The notes beneath the pieces are model-generated. The model did not search any database, was not told where the DNA came from, and saw only the letters and a program-made list of their open reading frames with translations. A DNA stretch of 64,000 nt from the human T2T-CHM13v2.0 reference genome, Homo sapiens, in assembly GCF_009914755.1 (NCBI RefSeq), contig NC_060925.1; one strand, 5' to 3'. Positions 58,064 to 64,000 of this stretch are shown here, piece after piece (the first letter of the stretch is position 1; each line of letters starts with the position of its first letter). The position numbers and the translations under genes are program-made.

Positions 58064-61000
58064 TATATTTTTGATTAAAAATAACTTAAAATATAATAAA
58101 GATACCAGATCCATTTTGAGATTATAATTTTTTATTTATGATTGTCTAAAGCTCAGGGAGAATGACTGCAGAACTGTCTTGTTTAAATGCATAGTAGTTG
58201 TTACAAGAGAGATCCCAGCTTTTTAGGTAATTTTCCAGATATGTAACATATTATTAAATGACCACTAAACATATCAAAGTGTATTACATTCCTCTACATT
58301 TAATTAATAGACCAGATTAGATGAGTTGCATATGTGCTTTTCTAAACAGAAAAACGATCGCTTTGGCTTAATGACTTTTACTTGCAATAATGGACATGAG
58401 TTCAATGACATTAAAACACGGGAACTACTAATAAGGACCTACTATTACATGATTTAGAAAACTGCTGACTAACTTGGGAAAAAAATGAATGCAGGCAGAA
58501 TAGACAGTACTTGATTGAAACCTGAATTCTGTTTATGACTCTGTGCCAGCTGAATTTCTAAGGAATTGTAAGCCAGATACTTAGGGAAGTACTTGAGAGT
58601 TTTTCATTCGGGTGTTTAGGTAAGCAGGGTGATAAGCTTTTAGAGGCATTTGGATATTTTTTAGTGAGTAGAATTTTTCATATTTCCTGCATACACTTAT
58701 TTGTGCCAGGAAATTTAATGATAGGATATTATATTACATTTTATTAAAAAATCAATTCCAGTCTTTTCATTTTTCCATTTTGGTATAGTAACATTATTTT
58801 AGAATTTGCTTGTTGGTTGGTAAAAAATAGAAAGGTTATTATCCATTATGTATCTTTGGAAAGAGATGTAATAGTTCATTTCTCTTATTTTATCAAGTAA
58901 TAATATGACAAAAATATTTATTTTGCATTTTAAAAAGCTTCGTTTCTTAATGAAATTCCTTGTTTCAGATTTATTATTTTAGTAGCTAATCTTTACTAAT
59001 GTGAAAAGTCACATTGTTACTGTGACAAAGAATAATCCTCTAAGTAAGGAAACTTGTTTAATAAAGAGATTTGTGGTACTGGTATGGGCTTTTTTATAAG
59101 TAGTATTCTCTCAGCGTGGCCCCGTATTATCTTAACAAGTGTGTGCCACATTTATACAGAGCATTTTTATAATGGGGTAAGAATATTAGCAACAGCAATT
59201 ATATTTCAATAGGATTAAGATGGTATGTTTTACAAAAGTATACAAATGCTTCTTTTCCATACAATTATTGGTAGATACTCTTTACTGCCAAATTTATGTC
59301 ATTGTCTTAAATAATATAAAAAGATATTTCTTATCGTAGCTGGTTTTTAATATAATAGGCACTGCAAAATGGGATCTGATGTTATAGTTCATTACCTTTT
59401 TTCCCCCTAATACTAAAACCTCCTTCACAGTGAGGTAAGGGTTACTGGAGATTTCATTCCAGGAAAATGGTTATGTGAGGCACAGTAACTGTCACAGAGT
59501 GCATAACTTCTGTGAGGTTACTGGAAAGGCACAGCTAGGGTAAGTTCTACCTGTTTTGTCTTAAATTTGAAGGTAGACTACTGAGCGATTTTTAAAATAC
59601 TGAAATCTGAATCCATTGAAAAGAAATTGTACTGAAAAGTTAATCAAATTAATTGTTCTCATAAAAGTATTATTGGTATTTTATTAGGGATGTTTATGAC
59701 AAGGAAATAGATTGGTAACTGGTTTTCGGTTTAAAGTAACCATGATCTTGGTAAATTATCAAAGAAAATTTTATCACATATTCTTGAATTAATAATAAAA
59801 AAATACGAATTTATGATAAAACATTCTCTGCTCCTTTGTATATACATTATTTAAGCATAGATGTGTATATATTAATTGTTCTTGCATCTGTGTGAGCAGA
59901 CTGGTTTTTAAAATAATAAGCTATTATGAATAGTATATATTATGAAGAATAGTCCTTCAAGTGAGAGTATTATGTATTAAGAGGGTAGATTTGAAATAAT
60001 ATTTTAAATATAAATTTTATAAGAATGGGAGTCAAATATTTGAACATGTTAAACATTTTAAATGGAAGTTACCAAAGAATATGATAAACCCTAAATAAGA
60101 TTAGAAAATTTATATATGTGTATGAAGAGTCTAGAATGCAAAATTATAAACCTGCATGTTTTAATAACTGTATTGGAAAAAAATATTTTAAATTGCTCTT
60201 GTTATTCCCAGGATTTAGAAATTAATATTTTTATTTTAGGAACAAAAATAAACAATATTAGTGTCATTTTGCCTGTTGTATGTTTCAAAGCCATTTCTTT
60301 TGCCTATTTAATAAAGATTTTCTCAAATTGAAATCTTAACAAAGGTATAAAAAATACTTTTTATTATCTACACTGAATGTAGTAGATTTTGTGGTGTTCA
60401 GGTAATGTTAATTCAAAGCTGTGCTAAAGAGAAATGTTAAAATCTTAGAATATCAAGTTTGTTATTTTAAAATGAGAATAAATCATAAAATTTTATACAT
60501 TTTCTTCAAAAATTTAAACACAGTAGCATTACCTTTATTTAAAAATAAACACAACATCTAAGGAAATCCCTAAAATTCAGAACAAAAATACTCATGCTTT
60601 CTACTCATGGGTAACTTTGTCTCTAATATTTGTGTGTTATACATTTTAATAGGAATATGATTGCTAAAACTATTTTTTTTGAGATACATGTTTAAGAAGG
60701 GAAAAAACCCATTTGTTAAAATTACTTAATCACTGAGTTTTTATGTCATGGTTTAGAAAATTTATTAATTTTTAGTGCTCTTTAAATCAGATTGTTGGTT
60801 TAAAAGATACTGTTATTTTGACCAAATATAAGTCAAAGCGGAAAGGTAGTTGTTAATACTCGTGTCAGAGGCCTTAACTAAAAAGTTAGCTATGTTCAAG
60901 GAAAAGACTTAGTCCAACATTTTACTATTTGACAGAGCATCATGCTGTGTTATCTCTTAGTAGTAGTTAGTGGCCCACAGTAGCTTTGGCTAATGCAAAA

Positions 61001-62554
61001 ATACCTGTACTTTTGAAAGTATTTGAATTTCACCTCGAGAAAATCTTTGTTTCATCTCGTTGCTCTGTAGGATTCAGATAACAGCTACAACACAGTAAGG
61101 TATTCAAGAATACATTCCAAAAGCACTTTTCTATCATTGTATTCTCTGTAAGAATTAGGGTTGATTCTCATCAGAGTCTTTATTAGTATTATTACTGCTT
61201 AAAATATTTTATAGAATTATGGTGACAGTTTGTACAAATAGGGTGACATAGAATTATAATGAACTTGATAGTCAAACATAACCTTTACCTACTTTAATAC
61301 TGTAGTTACTCCCTCATACCTCATGTGTTTTATTTTTTACTAATTTTCTTATATTGTGTTACTAATAAGAAGTACCTAAGTCCTCTGACATTTCAGCTTG
61401 GAAACCTGTCATTGGTTTCTTAAAATTAGAATAGATTTAAAACAATGATTATTTAGGTTAATATTACATGATTAAAACATCCGATAACGAAGCATAAGTA
61501 TCTTAGAATTCACATTTTCTGGAGTTGCATTTCTTAAAAACATTTGGGATTGATTTTTAATAAGTTTAAGAGTATTTCTAAAAAAAAATTAGGGAGTAAG
61601 AATGAGCTCTTAGAACAATACTAAATTGAATAGCTTGTAGTGCAAGCATCACTTAAGTATTTTTAGAATATTGAAAATCTTGTAGATTACATACACTAAT
61701 GGCCTCATTCTCCTTATTGCTTGTTAATTCTGTGAAAATCAAGAGGAGCATATCAAGGTTGCAGTTAATTCACCATAATATTAGCTTTTAATTGAAAATA
61801 AACGAAAATATAGCTTTGATTTGTTAGCTTATTTTATTCAAGTCAGTTTTTCCTATTTATAAAGAATAAATCACCATAAACTCTTATGTATGTATAAAAT
61901 TGATGTTATCAGATGTTTATACAATTGATGATATTACTAGACATTTTTGCACTATTCTTAAGAATACTTTTTATTTTGTATATTGCTTTAATACTTTTAA
62001 TATTTCCTCTTATAGAATGTTTTCTTCAGATGTTTTAATAGTTTGATATTACTCATTTCTGAATGGATGGTTGAGGGCCTTTTTCTTTTTTAAAAAACAT
62101 TTTTCACTACTTGCCATGCAAACTATTTGATCTCCTAAAGAGAACCAGGATATAAATTTAGTAATTAGTATCAATGTATAGGTTTTTTTATTTAATGTGG
62201 AATTATTATATGGTGATGTTCTTTGGAGTGTTTTCATGTGACTTAATGTGTATTTAAGCCCTCCATAGTTAAAAAGATGTTTACAGTACTTTCATGTTTG
62301 GCATTATTCAACTCTTTCCAAAGATTCTTTTAATATTTTGTCTGATTATCATTTATTTTAACCTACAAATGCTCTTTTTATGCTTGCCTACTTTTATTCA
62401 ACCTACAAAATAAAACTTTATTACATGTACTTTACCAAGTCCTTAATAAGCTTCAGTATTCAGTATTGCCAAGCACTTATTAAAGCTTCAACATTTTCTT
62501 CCTTTATTTTGTTAATGGTATCTCATGAATGTTGAATTCTTAGTTTTTTGGGGC

Positions 62555-62745
62555 TTTTTTTTTTTCAAGTATATTTAGGGGGTACAAGCACAGCCTTTTT
62601 ACATGCATGTACTTTATAGTAGTGTACCCATCATCCACATAATAAATGAACGTTATACCCTCTAAGTAATTTTCACCCCTCACACTTCTCCCACGCTCCT
62701 ACCTTTTGTAGTCTCCAGTGTCTGTTTTTCTATTCTGTATGTCTA
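62555..62745 (-). mobile_element. L1 3' end fragment (L1PB/L1MA-like)
   Basis: Poly(T), then ggggtacaag...tacatg...tgtaccc...agtctccagtgtct. Confidence 0.65.
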
Positions 62746-63473
62746 AGTATTTTTCATCATTGTAGCATACAATCAAAAATTGGTAAAATTTAAGTGTCAA
62801 ATTCCTAGTTAAAATTTTTTGAAATGATGGCATACAAACAGCTTTAAAGGTAGGCCTTCCGTCCCATTTTTTTTTTTTGGTAAGATTTATGAATAGATTG
62901 AAAAATATAAAAATTCGGTGGAAATCAGAAGCTAAGTCTTATCTTTAGTAGTCAGCTTCCTTTCTATGAATTTGAGTTTTATTGAGTCTTCTTCATCACA
63001 AGAGATCATGAATTTGGTAATAAATCTAGAAAAGTGCAGCTTTTTGTTAGTATATGTAAATAATACACATTTTTTTAAAAAATTGAAGATCGTTCTCAAT
63101 TCTTAGTATAAAAATCAGAAATTTGTCTGGGTCTTTAAAAATATAGTACAAATATCTAATAATGTATTTGGTTGTTTAGCTGAAAGGCAGATGTTTCAGT
63201 CTTTGGAATTCAAGACTATATTAATCTAATACTCCTTAAACCAACATTTTATTTATAGGGTGTAATAAAAATCATAAAGTTAAATTTGAATGAGTAAAAT
63301 CTTGATTTTTTGGCGGCCTTGTCCCCATTCTGTGTTGTGCATTCCCAAGGCCACAAGATACTGCCAAGCCAGAATGATTCAATTTTTACCATTATCTACC
63401 TCTCACTCCTAGTTTATTACTTTATTGAGACGCACAGCACTAGAGAATTCTTGCTATGTGAATGATTTCTTTT

Positions 63474-63758
63474 GGCCAAGTGCGGTGTCTCATGCTTATA
63501 ATCCCAGCGCCATAGAGGATGAAGTGGTAGGATAACTTGAGGCCAGGAGTTCGAGATCAGCCTGGGTAACATAGCAAGACCCGTTTCTACCAGAAATTAA
63601 AAAAATAAATAAATAGCCAGCGGGGTGGTGCGTGCCTGTAGCCCCAGCCACTCAGGAGAAGTGGGAGGATTGCTTGAGCCCATGAGTACGAGGCTGCATT
63701 GAGCTACAATCTTGCTACTACACTCCAACCTGGGCAACAGACCTCTCAGAAAAAAAAA
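63474..63758 (+). mobile_element. AluJ
   Basis: J-type body with A-tail. Confidence 0.88.
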
Positions 63759-64000
63759 TTCCTCTTGAGAGTCTTACTAAAATAAAAATCACAATCATAT
63801 TAAACTTTCAAAAATCAGGTATTTCATATGTGGGTACAATCTCTTGAAGTATGTTATGCTTTTGTAGTTCAGAGCAGCTATTTCCTTTTTTTACAGATAA
63901 GGTCTTGGATTTACTTTAATAATTCACAGCATTTATAATGTCTTGGATTTTACATTCAAGATGTAATTTTTGGTTTCCTACATTGCCACAGAGGTTATTG

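Overview
This is primate (human-like) genomic DNA: an AT-rich background, about 30 Alu elements, ERV1/MaLR solo LTRs, and old L1, L2, CR1, MIR and hAT remnants, plus one large CpG island at about 45.9-49.1 kb. I find no supportable protein-coding exon; the ORF track hits are Alu, low-complexity or GC-rich artefacts. The exon ending at 46114 (...GAAAAGAGAAAACCTGGAGACGGG|gtgggt) matches my recollection of the ADGRL2 (latrophilin-2/LPHN2, 1p31.1) 5'UTR. I therefore read the window as the ADGRL2 5' non-coding region on the + strand. It holds a 42-nt internal 5'UTR exon (7414-7455), a multi-promoter CpG island with at least three alternative first exons, and the start of the intron leading to the first coding exon, which lies outside the window. 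This assignment is from memory and needs a BLAT check. I cannot establish a new biological system. The best hypotheses are (i) a weak splice donor competing with a proximal poly(A) site, with a small ORF, between two tandem promoters, and (ii) alternative 5'UTR exons that differ in uORF content. There is also a sharp switch from an Alu-saturated zone (8-42 kb) to a roughly 20-kb zone nearly free of recognisable transposons, with candidate enhancer motif clusters. Repeat subfamily calls are by eye from remembered consensus sequences, and their boundaries are approximate.
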